A DNA stretch of 64,000 nucleotides from Mobula hypostoma (lineage: Eukaryota): contig NC_086108.1 of NCBI RefSeq assembly GCF_963921235.1, positions 27,468,001 to 27,532,000 on the forward strand. The letters run 5' to 3'. Every line of letters starts with the position of its first letter. Positions within the stretch are counted from its first letter, which is position 1. The notes beneath the pieces were generated by a model. It searched no databases, was not told the DNA's origin, and worked only from the letters and a program-made list of their open reading frames with translations. Of this stretch, positions 26,300-38,096 are shown piece by piece. A program made the translations under genes and the position numbers.

Positions 26300-27085
26300 G
26301 TTGAGTGTAATGTTTTCTTAAGGGGTGGTTTAATGGTGGGTCCTCAGGTGGCTGCAGAGGTCAGTCAGGGATCCACAGATTCTGGGGCAGTGTGGGCAAG
26401 AGTAAGTGGTGGCTGTAGTTAGTCATTCAGTCTTTTGGTTGTTCTGTCTCTCCTTTTGCAGCTGACACTTGTTCTCTGAGGCACAGCAGGGAGCATTCTC
26501 ATTTAACACAACTCCATCTTGGACGGATTTCCTGCAGGCGTATCTATTGAGTGCAATATCTTCCCTGTTTTAGATATGGTTGAATTTCTTCAGCCTGATT
26601 TTGATATTATTTTTGAAGAATTTCCTTTGCTCACAAGGGAGTCACTGACCCTCCTTCAACTGGGAATAAGGGATCTGTTTGGGGAGACACAAGTTAGGCA
26701 TATGCATGACAGAAGTTGGTGTTGCTTTATTGTGGTGGAGATACTGTTCACATTGGCCTTCTCCCAAAAGCTGGTGTTAGTACATCTGTCCTTCCAATGA
26801 TCCTCAATCCTTCATAAGGTTCTTTGTTAATTTGTTCCAGGGCTTTCAGGTGCCTACTGTAGGTGGTCCATGAGTCAGCCCCATACAGTAATGTAGGAAG
26901 GACAACCACTCCATGGACCAAAAGTTCCATTTGAAACTGTAGGTCACTGTCTTCAAAGATTCTTTTCCTTAATCTTGCATAGCTTCTCTAGAACTACTCA
27001 GGCGATGGTCGATCTGAGTTGATGCCTGCTTTTCGGGCGAGAATACTACCAAGTTAGGGAAAGTGGTCAACATTTACAACAGTGA
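26300..27085 (-). mobile_element. Decayed RTE-clade LINE fragment
   Basis: VDHFP*LG and VVVLPTLLYGADSWTTYSRHLKALEQ on the minus strand. Confidence 0.7.
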
Positions 27086-29123
27086 TGCATCGTTGTTTAT
27101 TCAAATGACTATCAATCTTCCCTATCAATCTTCCTAACACCATTTCCATCCTCACAATGTACTCACCAAACCATTCTTCTGCCCCCCCTATATGACTAAA
27201 AATCCCACCCCATAGTAACCAAATCACTCTCCTTGGCCAATTTACCACCAATCCTCTGCCTAAACCTAGTATTCAGTATTCACTCAGATTTGTGGTCCCT
27301 ACAGAGAGCACGTACAAATCCTGATCCTCCTCCCATCATGCTGCCTTCTCTCTCAATGACTACTTGCCTTCTACAGCCACCAAAACCCACACTTCCACCC
27401 ACCACCATCTTTCCCCTCCCCGCTTCACGCCCAAACAGTGATCCATCGCTGGACTTTCAATTCTTTCATTTGAGTACTTTGCCTGTTGCATTAGAGATAC
27501 ATGCTGTCTGTGTATTTTTTTGAGATACAGTGTAGCAGAGACACTTCCACCCCAATGAGCCCATACTGCCCATTTATAGCCATGTAACATGTTGTGTGTG
27601 CACAACTACATAGCGGTTAAATAAAAGCACGGACATGGGAGATAGCTTTAACTGGTGTATTCACATTGCAGCGAGAGCGAGAGATCAATGCACATGCACA
27701 GACAACAGATGAATACGTAGTGCTAAGGGGGGGGTGGAGTCATTGCCCTAAAAGAAATACTGTATATCCATACATTAGACTTCCTCAATGCAACATAAAC
27801 TGTACATGTACAAAACATTCAATTTCCCTTTCATAAACCCATAACCCAAATTAACATGTTTTCACAATAACAGTCCATAACTAACTTCACAGTTCTAAAT
27901 GTTCAGACTTTTGGGTGGTGCTCTGTCTCTTTCAGGATAGCCCCTCTGGACCTGTGGAGTGGCATCAGGTTTGGCAGATGTCTTGTCAATGAGAATGTTC
28001 TCGTCACGCCTCTGGACCTCTGGAATGGTGTCAGGTTTGGCAGATGTCTTGTCTAAGACAGTGTTCTCAGCTTCTGGTGTCACATTGCTGTTAGTGACAT
28101 CATCACTGAGAGGTAAGTCTGGTGACTGTAATGTGTCCGTCTTGTTGGATGCAATCGACTCAGATGTGTTCTTTGGTTGAGCATCCAGTATCTGGTCCGC
28201 CTAATGTCTCCATGTCTGATCTCTAACATCCACTGTGTACGTCAGTGGCCCAGTTCTTGTAACTATCCAACTGGGTGTCCAATTGTCTTCTTGGTAATCA
28301 CGCGCTAGGACTTCCTGTCCAATCTCAAAGCTCCTTCTGCTTCACTTGGCAACTGGTGGAACTGCTTATTCTGTAATTTCCTCCAGAGGTCTGGTTTCAG
28401 GAGGTCCATGCAAGATCTCAGATTCCTGTCCATGAACAGCATTGCAGGTGTTTGATTTGTCATCGCATGAACAAAGTTCCGATATACAAAAAGAAAGTTG
28501 TCCACCTTGTGCTGTAGAGAAATGCCCTCCTTGCCCATTGCTTTAATAGACTTCTTGAAGGTTTGGATAAACCTTTCAGCTACCCATTCATTGTTGGGTG
28601 GTGAGGAGATGACTTGAAATATCTGCTGCCATTTTTCTTCATGAACAGTTGGACTTCTTCTGACATTATTGTGGTCTGTTGTCACTCACAATTTGTTCTG
28701 GTAAGCTATTTCTAGTGAAGATATTCCTCAGAGTGGAGACAGTCTTTGCTGAGGTCATTGCCTTCATTGGTATAACCTCTGGCTAATTTGAATGAGCATC
28801 CACAGCAATCAGAAACATGGAGTCCATGAATAGCCCAGCAAAGTCAACATGTACTCTCTGCCATGGTGATGGCAGTCACTCCCACAGGTGTAACGGTGCC
28901 TGGAGGGGTGCATTTTGAACTCTTTGGCATCCTGAACAGCTTTTGGCCAAGTCTTCAATCTGTTTATCTGTTCCCAGCTACCACATGTAGCTCCAGGCAA
29001 GACTCTTCAATGTTTGGAAGAAACCAGTAGTAGTATTTTATAAAGCCGAAGTATGATCTAAATTGTGACACGTTTTCCAGTTTAGGTACCTGTAGCACAG
29101 CTTCAATCTTCTCTTGTAATGTA

Positions 29124-29444
29124 TGAGAGGTGATTGATAAATTCGTGGCCTAAGGTAGAAGCAATCAATTTTAGAAAACCTAGCACATTTATTTTTCAAC
29201 GTAGTCCCCTCCTACATGTACACACTTAGTCCAGCAGTTGTGAAGCATACGGATCTTGGACCTCCAGAAAGTGTCCACAACAGGGGTGATTGATAAGTTC
29301 GTGGCCTAAGGTAGAAGGAGATGAGTTATTAACTTCAAACTTTCTGCATAATCACTCAAAGAGTTGAACTGCATGTGCTTGTAACAAAAGCTGTATAACT
29401 CATCTCCTTCTACCTTAGGCCATGAACTTATCAATCACCCCTTG
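29124..29444. mobile_element. Mariner-type MITE with three TIR copies
   Basis: ggtgattgataagttcgtggcctaaggtagaag at about 29129, about 29285 and inverted near 29440; TA TSD; removal restores Gypsy DKHGLHTLQEKIEAV. Confidence 0.88.
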
Positions 29445-29643
29445 TATGTAAGCCATGCTTATCAACAACATGTCCACAATATGAAATTTCTTTCTTGAAA
29501 AACCCACATTTCTCTCTCTTTGCACATAGACCACATTCACTCAACCTGGTAAGCACTTTACCAAGGTTCCAGAGGTGTTCTTCGTCATTTTTGTCAATCA
29601 CAATGATGTCATCAAGGTAACATTAAGGAGTTTCTTGGAGCAC

Positions 29644-31732
29644 AAAGAATAAATCTTGGCAAAAGAATAAATCAAGGAAGGTAGTGCACCCGTGGCTGAC
29701 AAGAGAAATTAGGGATAGTATCAATTCCAAAGAAGTAGCATACAAATTAGCCAGAGAAAGTGGCTCACCTGAGGACTAGGAGAAATTCAGAGTTCAGCAG
29801 AGGAGGACAAAGGGCTTAATTAGGAAGGGGAAAAAAGATTATGAGAGAAAACTGGCAGAGAACATAAAAACGGACTGTAAAAGCTTTTATAGATATGTAA
29901 AAAGGAAAAGACTGATAAAGACAAATGTAGGTCCCCTGCAGACAGAAACAGGTGAATTGATTATGGGGAGGAAGGACATGGCAGACCAATTGAATAATTA
30001 CTTTGGTTCTGTCTTCACTAAGGAGGACATAAATAATCTTCCAGAAATAGTAAGGGACAGAGGGTCCAGTGAGATGGAGGAACTGAGTGAAATACATGTT
30101 AGTAGGGAAGTGGTGTTAGGTAAATTGAAGGGATTGAAGGCAGATAAATCCCCAGGGCCAGATGGTCTGCATCCCAGAGTGCTTAAGGAAGTAGCCCAAG
30201 AAATAGTGCATGCATTAGTGATAATTTTTCAAAACTCGTTAGATTCTGGACTAGTTCCTGAGGATTGGAGGGTGACTAATGTAACCCCACTTTTTAAAAA
30301 AGGAGGGAGAGAGAAACCGGGGAATTATAGGCCGGTTAGCCTAACGTCGGTGGTGGGGAAACTGCTGGAGTCAGTTATCAAGGATGTGATAACAGCACAT
30401 TTGGAAAGCGGTGAAATGATCGGACAAAGTCAGCATGGATTTGTGAAAGGAAAATCATGTCTGACGAATCTCATAGAATTTTTTGAGGATGTAACTAGTA
30501 GAGTGGATAGGGGAGAACCAGTGGATGTGGTATATTTGGATTTTCAAAAGGCTTTTGACAAGGTCCCACACAGGAGATTAGTGTGCAAACTTAAAGCACA
30601 CGGTATTGGGGGTAAGGTATTGGTGTGGGTGGAGAATTGGTTAGCAGACAGGAAGCAAAGAGTGGGAATAAACGGGACCTTTTCAGAATGGCAGGCGGTG
30701 ACTAGTGGGGTACTGCAAGGCTCAGTGCTGGGACCCCAGTTGTTTACAATATATATTAATGACTTGGATGAGGGAATTAAATGCAGCATCTCCAAGTTTG
30801 CGGATGACACGAAGCTGGGTGGCAGTGTTAGCAGTGAGGAGGATGCTAAGAGGATGCAGGGTGACTTGGATAGGTTGGGTGAGTGGGCAAACTCATGGCA
30901 AATGCAATTTAATGTGGATAAATGTGAAGTTATCCACTTTGGTGGCAAAAATAGGAAAACAGATTATTATCTGAATGGTGGCCGATTAGGAAAAGGGGAG
31001 GTGCAACGAGACCTGGGTGTCATTATACACCAGTCATTGAAAGTGGGCATGCAGGTACAGCAGGCGGTGAAAAAGGCGAACGGTATGCTGGCATTTATAG
31101 CGAGAGGATTCGAGTACAGGAGCAGGGAGGTACTACTGCAGTTGTACAAGGCCTTGGTGAGACCACACCTGGAGTCTTGTGTGCAGTTTTGGTCCCCTAA
31201 TCTGAGGAAAGACATCCTTGCCATAGAGGGAGTACAAAGAAGGTTCACCAGATTGATTCCTGGGATGGCAGGTCTTTCATATGAAGAAAGATTGGATGAA
31301 CTGGGCTTGTACTCGTTGGAATTTAGAAGATTGAGGGGGGATCTGATTGAAACGTATAAGATCCTAAAGGGATTGGACAGGCTAGATGCGGGAAGATTGT
31401 TCCCGATGTTGGGGAGGTCCAGAACGAGGGGTCACAGTTTGAGGATAGAGGGGAAGCCTTTTAGGACCGAGATTAGGAAAAACTTCTTCACACAGAGAGT
31501 GGTGAATCTGTGGAATTCTCTGCCACAGCAAACTGTTGAGGCCAGTTCATTGGCTATGTTTAAGAGGGAGTTAGATATGGCCCTTGTGGCTACAGGGGTC
31601 AGGGGGTATGGAGGGAAGGCTGGGTTCTGAGTTGGATGATCAGCCATGATCATTATAAATGGCGGTGCAGGCTCGAAGGGCCGAATGGCCTACTCCTGCA
31701 CCTATTTTCTATGTTTCTATGTTTCTATGTTT
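29644..31732 (+). mobile_element. Young 5'-truncated CR1 LINE
   Basis: Uninterrupted 557 aa RT frame, 3' UTR and (ttctatgt)n tail; splits the Gypsy RT, cac duplicated at the junctions. Confidence 0.97.
29957..31630 (+). CDS. CR1 ORF2 reverse transcriptase portion, no endonuclease domain
   Basis: KSPGPDG, NYRPVSLTS, QHGF, YLDFQKAFD, GVLQGSVLGP, FADD, RDLGV. Confidence 0.9.
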   Translation: MIMGRKDMADQLNNYFGSVFTKEDINNLPEIVRDRGSSEMEELSEIHVSREVVLGKLKGLKADKSPGPDGLHPRVLKEVAQEIVHALVIIFQNSLDSGLVPEDWRVTNVTPLFKKGGREKPGNYRPVSLTSVVGKLLESVIKDVITAHLESGEMIGQSQHGFVKGKSCLTNLIEFFEDVTSRVDRGEPVDVVYLDFQKAFDKVPHRRLVCKLKAHGIGGKVLVWVENWLADRKQRVGINGTFSEWQAVTSGVLQGSVLGPQLFTIYINDLDEGIKCSISKFADDTKLGGSVSSEEDAKRMQGDLDRLGEWANSWQMQFNVDKCEVIHFGGKNRKTDYYLNGGRLGKGEVQRDLGVIIHQSLKVGMQVQQAVKKANGMLAFIARGFEYRSREVLLQLYKALVRPHLESCVQFWSPNLRKDILAIEGVQRRFTRLIPGMAGLSYEERLDELGLYSLEFRRLRGDLIETYKILKGLDRLDAGRLFPMLGRSRTRGHSLRIEGKPFRTEIRKNFFTQRVVNLWNSLPQQTVEASSLAMFKRELDMALVATGVRGYGGKAGF

Positions 31733-32955
31733 CACTTACTCCATTGCTCTTTGCCAAATTGCTGGAGCTGATGTGATGTCAAAGATGAGACGATTATACT
31801 GAACTGTCCCTTGTGAGTGTTGATTGTGAGGAACATCCTGCATGACTCCTTAATCTTCATTTGGTGATAGGCTGGAGACAATTCAATCTTTGAAAACCTC
31901 TCCCTGCCTGCCAAAGATGCAAAAATTTCTTCTATTCAAAGCACAGTATGCAACACCAGGTTGATGCTCACCTTCAAATGCACACATATGTGAATGGCTC
32001 CGGCCTTCCCTTTCTTGATCACTGGGACAATGGGCATGGCCCAATTGCTCCACTCACCGTTGGAGAAAATTACAGACCCCTCCAAGCTCTGCAGTTCAAC
32101 ATCCACATTAAGATGAAATGCGCAAGGAACTGGATGCCCTTTATGAAATCATGATGTTACTGTTTCATCCAGTTCAATTCTGGGGCCTTCATGCCTTTGA
32201 GTTTACCAATCCCCTTCTCAAACACCTTCTCATCAGCATTAAGCAGCCGTGCCAGTCTCTGGTTGGTGCTCCCATTTGGGCTGCAGTTGCCTGTTGATGC
32301 CACACTGAGAGCTTTGACTGAGTGCCAGTCTAATTGGATTTTTCTCAACCATTCACATCTGAAAGTTGCTGGCCCTCCACTTTTCAATACATAAAGTACT
32401 AACTGGTGTGTTTGGCCACCATATGTCACCTTCACTTTCAGTTTGCCTTTGGCGGACACTTCTTCACTTGTGTAGGTCTTTAGCATCACTGAGTCTTCTC
32501 TAATGATACCTTAGAAACCAGTCTGTTGTAGTCAGCCTCTGGAATTATGGACAAAGCTGACCCCCTATCCAGCTCCATTTTCAGCTTTGCACTGGACACA
32601 GCTACTGTGATCCATATTGTATTGCGATCTGCTTCAGTAATGCTATGCAGTTCTATGCATGGCAGTTCACCTTTGTCAGACTCTATGTTGTCTGATTCTG
32701 TTTTACATCCGGTAACTTTATGCATTTATTTAGCTTTGTGTTTGAGACTTTTCACTTAGTTGTGCATTTTGTCTGTCTTGCACAGACTCTATGTGAGCTT
32801 GTTTGTGACTCTTTCTGCAGACTTTATCTTTGAACCAACAGTCATTTGCATCATGGGAGTGTTTGTCACATCGATAACATTTTTGGCTTTTTGCATAATT
32901 CAGGTACATCTTGTGCATTTCACATTCTAACCTTCTTTTCTGTAGTTCTGCTGCA

Positions 32956-33884
32956 GCCTTCTGTCAGAAGGCTGGATCCTTTCCACCAAGGCTGCATCCT
33001 TTCTCCACACCTTTTTAACATCTACACTGAGATGATCCTGAGACTTGCAATTCCAGACAACACTGGCATTAAAATAGAAGGAAGAACCATCAGTAACTTG
33101 AGATACGCAGATGACTCAGCCCTGCTAGCCACAACAGAAGAAGACCTATAAGCACTACTCAATAATGTTGCAAAAGTCTCCGCTGAATTTGGATTGCTGA
33201 TAAATGGCAAAAAATAACAAAGTTATGGTGATAAGCAAAACTGCAGTTGAAGCTGACATCCACATCAGAAAAGACAAGATCGAACAAGTGTCCTCCTTTA
33301 TGTACCTTGGTGCAGAACTAACTGACACAAATGAATGCAGCAAGGAAATAAGTTGAAGGCTAGCAATGGCACACACAAGCACTACCAAACTCTGGAACAT
33401 CTGGAAAGATAGATCTGTGAACACTGACACCAAGATACGCCTTCTCAAGAGTCTCGTCTGGCCAGTAACCCTATATCACTATGAAACACGGACCTTAAAA
33501 GCAGCTGATGAAAAGAAGTTGACAGCATTTGAGATGTGGACGTACAGACAGATCCTCAGGGTATAGTACATTGAAAGGAGATCCAACAATTTCATCCTAG
33601 AAAAGATTGGCACGAAACCAATACTTCTGGAAACACCTATTCAAAGGAAACTCCGCTATTTTGGACACATCTCAAGAACTGATGACACACTGGAACGCAC
33701 TGTGCTTGAAGGCAGAGTAGAAGGAAGCCTCTCCTGAGGCAGACAGAGGACAACCTGGATCAACAACATCAAGAAGTGGACCAGCCTCACCATCAGAGAT
33801 GCAAGAGGTTTGACTGCTGACAGATTGCAGTGGAAGGAAGTGGTTGCCAGGCTCTGGCAGAGTATGGCACATGATGATGATGAT
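32956..33884 (+). mobile_element. 5'-truncated RTE-clade LINE nested in Gypsy gag
   Basis: QGCILSPHLFNIYTE, NLRYADD, TKIRLLKSLVWPV, AFEMWTYR; (gat)n tail; removal restores ETAAKGAAELQ. Confidence 0.92.
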
Positions 33885-34316
33885 GCACCCTTTGCTGCAG
33901 TCTCTAACGATATTTCAATGGTCAATGCCTGTTCTAAGGTTCCGTCTCTTTTAGACAGTAGCCTCTTTTGAGTGCTTTGACTATGTATGCCACATACAAG
34001 CCCATCTCTCAATGCATCAGAAAGTTCATCTCTAATGTCACAGTACTGGGAAAGTTTGCACAGTTCTGCAATGTATTCAGAAAGTTTTTCATCTTTTGAC
34101 TCGTTCCTTTTGTAAAATCTAAATCTCTCAGCTATTATCGGTGGTTTAGAGCTCAATTTCATTGAGCGTCTTGCTTGTTGGCTTTGCATAGGTTACTAAG
34201 TTGCAAAAGAGACCATACATTCTTGGCCCATTAAACTAAGAAGTGTAGGGGTTTTCTTTTGCCCCTCCATGATCGTGTTACAATATAGTTCAACTCTCTG
34301 AATATACAACTCACAG

Positions 34317-36021
34317 AAGGGTTGCCAGCTGTCCCGTATTAGCTGGGACATCCCGTATATCGGGCTAAATTGGCTTGTGCCATACGGGACCGCCCTTGTC
34401 CTGTATTTGACTGCTACTATTCTGTAATCACCAGAGGGCACGCTTACAGACAGATCCTAGATCTGATACAACAGCATGTGTGCGTGTTGCATGTGCTGTT
34501 GACGCCACGCATGAGTGATTCACCAATCATCCAATCACAGGCCCCCTTATGCGCATCAGTTGTGTGCTATATTTTGCCAATTCCTGCCAAAACAGAAAGT
34601 TTCAGTAACATCTCATGTTGTTCCGTCGGTTTGGCATGTGCCAATATGGATAAACCTCCAAAAAAGAAAGGACTGTGCAGCTGTAACAAGCAATGGGAAG
34701 CAAAGAAGACGTGGGTAAGCCCATCAGCGGTGACTCAACATCGACGAAGGCCTTCTGTACTTTATGCCGTCGGGAATTCTCAACTGGCCATGAAGGTGAG
34801 AATGACCTAACTCAGCATGCTTCCACAGAAGTGCACAAGAAGGCCACACTCGCTCAAGGTGCAAGCAATATTGGTGCATTCTTTGTGAAATCTACTGTGA
34901 AAAATGACAAAATTGCAGCAAGTGAAGCCTCGTATGTGTACCATATGGTTAAACATGGACTCAGCTACAATAGCACCAACTGTCTTGCTAAGCTCAACAG
35001 TGCTTTGTTTAAGGACTCAAATGTTGTGAAGAAGATGCACTTGGGAAGAACGAAAGCTGAGATGATTACAATGAATGTTTTAGGACCAAAGACTGTGCGG
35101 GATATTATGGATGATCTGTCACTGACTGAAGAAGGTGAGCTCTCCTTCACTGACCTGGAGCAGGTGGTGGCTGCCCTCAGAATGACAGAAGCAGTCAAAA
35201 TGGACCACCAGTGAGAAGTGGGTGGCAGTTTTCCAAAACATAGGGAAAGCCAACTTAATCAACATGTACAGAATTGTCTCCTTTGTCCTCAGTGTGTCAG
35301 GCTTGAATGCCTTTGTAGAGAGGATCTTCTCTCAGATGAGCATTAAATGGTCAGACTCAAGAAACAGATGCAGCACATAGCTGATCAAAAATGAGCTTCA
35401 AATATCTGTGAACTGTCACTTGTCATGTAAGGACTTCTCTCTGGCTGTGCAAAAGGACAAAGGACTACTTGAATCAGTCAAGAGCAGCAAGAAACATCCA
35501 TGGAAAAAGTAGATTTGGTGAGTCCCCCCCGCCTTTTTCTCTTTTGCAGTGATTATATGTCTACTCTATAGGCACATACAGATAGTCTCTTTCAAATCTC
35601 TTACTAGCTTTTCTTTCATTTTCTCCTGACGAAGGGTCTTGGCCTGAAATGTCGACTGTACCTCTTCCTAGAGATGCTGCCTGACCTGCTGTGTTCACCA
35701 GCAACTTTTATGAGGGTTATTTGGTGTTATTTCATCTCTGACTGGTAGTCAGATTATGCTCTGTATTATGGTCTGTTATAATTTGGTGTTAAATTTCATA
35801 TATAACACTGAAGGTATGTATACGTGGTTCATATATTAGATTTGTTTACTTATTTAGGGTTGTTTTCTCTCTCTCTCTCTCTCTTTTGAAAAAGGTCCCT
35901 GTTACCATCTACCAGCTGCCGGCCCCCTCAGTCACTTCATCCCAGGCCTGCACCATACCCACTCCGCTGCGGTACGCCACCTTTTGTCCCTTATTTGGGA
36001 GTGAGAAAGTTGGCAACCCTA
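34317..36021 (+). mobile_element. Internally deleted hAT DNA transposon, 1705 bp
   Basis: TIRs aagggttgcca / tggcaacccta; 8 bp TSD actcacag / actcccag; BED-type finger CTLC..H..H in ORF 34693-35214; C-terminal NAFVERIFSQM..W motif near 35300-35400. Confidence 0.92.
35588..35712 (+). mobile_element. PLE 3' fragment with hammerhead core, inside the hAT
   Basis: CTGACGA(35626-35632) agg..cct GAAA tgtc gactgtacctcttcctagagatgctgcc, matching 3772-3860. Confidence 0.85.
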
Positions 36022-36220
36022 ACTCCCAGTCTTCAATAGCGCTATCAAATTTATCACCTTTCCCTGCTGAAGCCATTATCATATTATTTTCAATTTAACT
36101 TCAGTGCATCTTTCACTGTTACAATGCACTGTACTCACCTGTTTGTTAGCATCTGTGACAAACCTCCAGCCTCCAGTGTGTCCAGTCATTGGTCTAAAAA
36201 AAATAGATCCATACAGTACA

Positions 36221-36402
36221 TGACCAATTAATCTACAGTACTCTCCCTCCTCCATGCCTTAAGAAAATGGGAGGAAATTGGAGCATTCAGGAAAACCCCA
36301 TTCGGTCATGGGGAGAACATATAAACTCCTTACAGACAATGGCAGAATTGAACTTGGGTAACTAATGCTGTAATACTGTTACTCTAACTGCTGCACTACC
36401 AT
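36221..36402 (-). mobile_element. V-SINE/HE1-like SINE; its tail lies at about 27520-27589, split by the Gypsy insertion
   Basis: tgaccaattaatctac..gggaggaaattggagc..gtcatggggagaac; joins plausibly to gagatacag..gcccatactgcccatttatagccatg. Confidence 0.65.
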
Positions 36403-37201
36403 ATTTGCTAAATACGGTAGTCTCTATCATTGACTTTGCTGCCTTGTACAATATAATTTGTTATAAGGCTTGCTGCATTCCAGGAACACAGAAGCAGCTG
36501 TAGAATCTCTCTGACCACTCAACAAGACCACAGTTGTTCTATCATCTAATTCCCATGACAGGCCCTGCACCCACGACCCCCTGCCCCTGCACATGCCCCC
36601 CCCCCAGTTAGGGAACACCCGACTTAAGGACACTCCTTACATAGGAATGGGCATTTAGAAAACAGATGTAAATTAATTTATGGGCTGCTGCAGGGATGCT
36701 GGGTGCATGAGTTATATTGTGGCACCTTCTCTCCCCGCAACCCCACCCCCCCACTCCAGTCCTGAGCTGAGCAGAGCTGGGAACACTGGGCAGACTCATT
36801 CACTCGTTCACTCAGTCATTGAAGATGGCTGGTGCCTCCTCTTCCATGCTTGTTCAATCTCCTGTCATAGCTGCTTTACTGATCCTCTCCCACACACTGT
36901 TGTCCATCTCCAACTGACAAACAGTCCAGAATTATGAACAGTTGTCAGAAATAACACTCTTATAAATTGGGGGCAGCCTGTACGCCCTTTTCACTGACTT
37001 CCCCAATAGGATATCCAAAATTTGTCAAAATCAGATTTAAAATCAACCAGCTTCAAATGACTTGTGCAGTGGGGAATGCATTTAAACTATTTACACTCTT
37101 TTAGTATTGTTTATATTGCATTGTTAATTACTTTTGTGCGTTTTTCATATAGGCTGTTACCCAATGAGTAGTTTTGTTTGCTATGTTTCATTATGTGCCT
37201 A

Positions 37202-38096
37202 CAGTTGGCCCTCTTTATCCGCGAGGGATTGGTTCTGGGACCCCTCAAGGATACCAAAAAACGCGGATGCTCAAGTCCCTTATTCAACCCGTCCAAATAG
37301 GGTGGACCTTAGGACCCAACGGAACCCTGGACCTTATTTAACCTGTTTCAGTGCGGTGGACATTAGGACCCGGTGGTGGAGGTCTGAATCCGCAGTGTTT
37401 CTGTTCACGAAAATAATCACAATCACGATTGAAAATAAAGTGGAAATAATAAAGTGATTGGAAAGAGGTGGAACGCCATTGGTCATTGGAAAAGTGTTAG
37501 GTTACAGTCAGTCAACGATTGGAACAATTTTAAAGGATAAAGTGAGAAAGGCCCTGCCCCGATTAAAGCTACAATTATTACTAAGCAACGTAGTGGTTTA
37601 ATTATTGGGTTTGGGGTTTTGGGTTTTTGATCCTCCGCATCAACCCAGCATGGCTCAGGAGCGATTTGTCACTGGATCGAACTCGGGAATTTCCATTCCC
37701 GAGCCCGGCGCTGAAACATACATTTCTTAAGTGTTTTATATGCATAGAAAGGTAAAATATATACTATATACTAAGAGAAACGTTTGACTAACTGACACTA
37801 AATAATACCGGATGTACTTAGTAAGAGAACTTCCATTTTTTTTAATCCAGATCCACAATAACCTACGCACATCCTCCCGTATACTTTAAATCACCTCTAG
37901 ATTACTTATAATACCTAATACAGTGTAAATGCCACGTAAAATAGTTGTTCTACTGCATTGTTTAGGAAATAATGACAAGAAAAAAAAGTCTGTACATGTT
38001 CGAACAGCAAGTGCTGGAAGAGCACTTCCGGGTTTTCTCGAGTCGCGGTTGGTTGCATCCGCGCATGCGGAACTCGCGGATAAGGAGGGCCGACTG
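37202..38096 (+). mobile_element. Tigger/pogo-derived non-autonomous DNA transposon
   Basis: TIRs cagttggccctctttatccgcg / cgcggataaggagggccgactg; TA TSD; CENP-B-type HTH remnant ITIENKVEIIK*LERG..GYSQSTIGTILKDK. Confidence 0.9.

Larger units (their letters stand above)
27590..36220 (-). mobile_element. Decayed Gypsy LTR retrotransposon, internally deleted, with four nested insertions
   Basis: Gag start MASAGKGDKFDSAIEDWE near 36076; IAERFRFYKR and LRDGLVCG; CCHC knuckle CYRCDKHSHDANDC; protease MELDRGSALSII; RT FSKIELSPAYHQ and CYLDDII; integrase HVDFAG and AERFIQTFK; LTR about 27590-27779 whose end recurs at 36185-36220. Confidence 0.9.

Noticed and set aside
30544..31653. Long antisense ORFs over CR1 and Rex1 RT regions
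   Set aside because: Shadow frames of LINE coding sequence, broken by stops, with no independent motif
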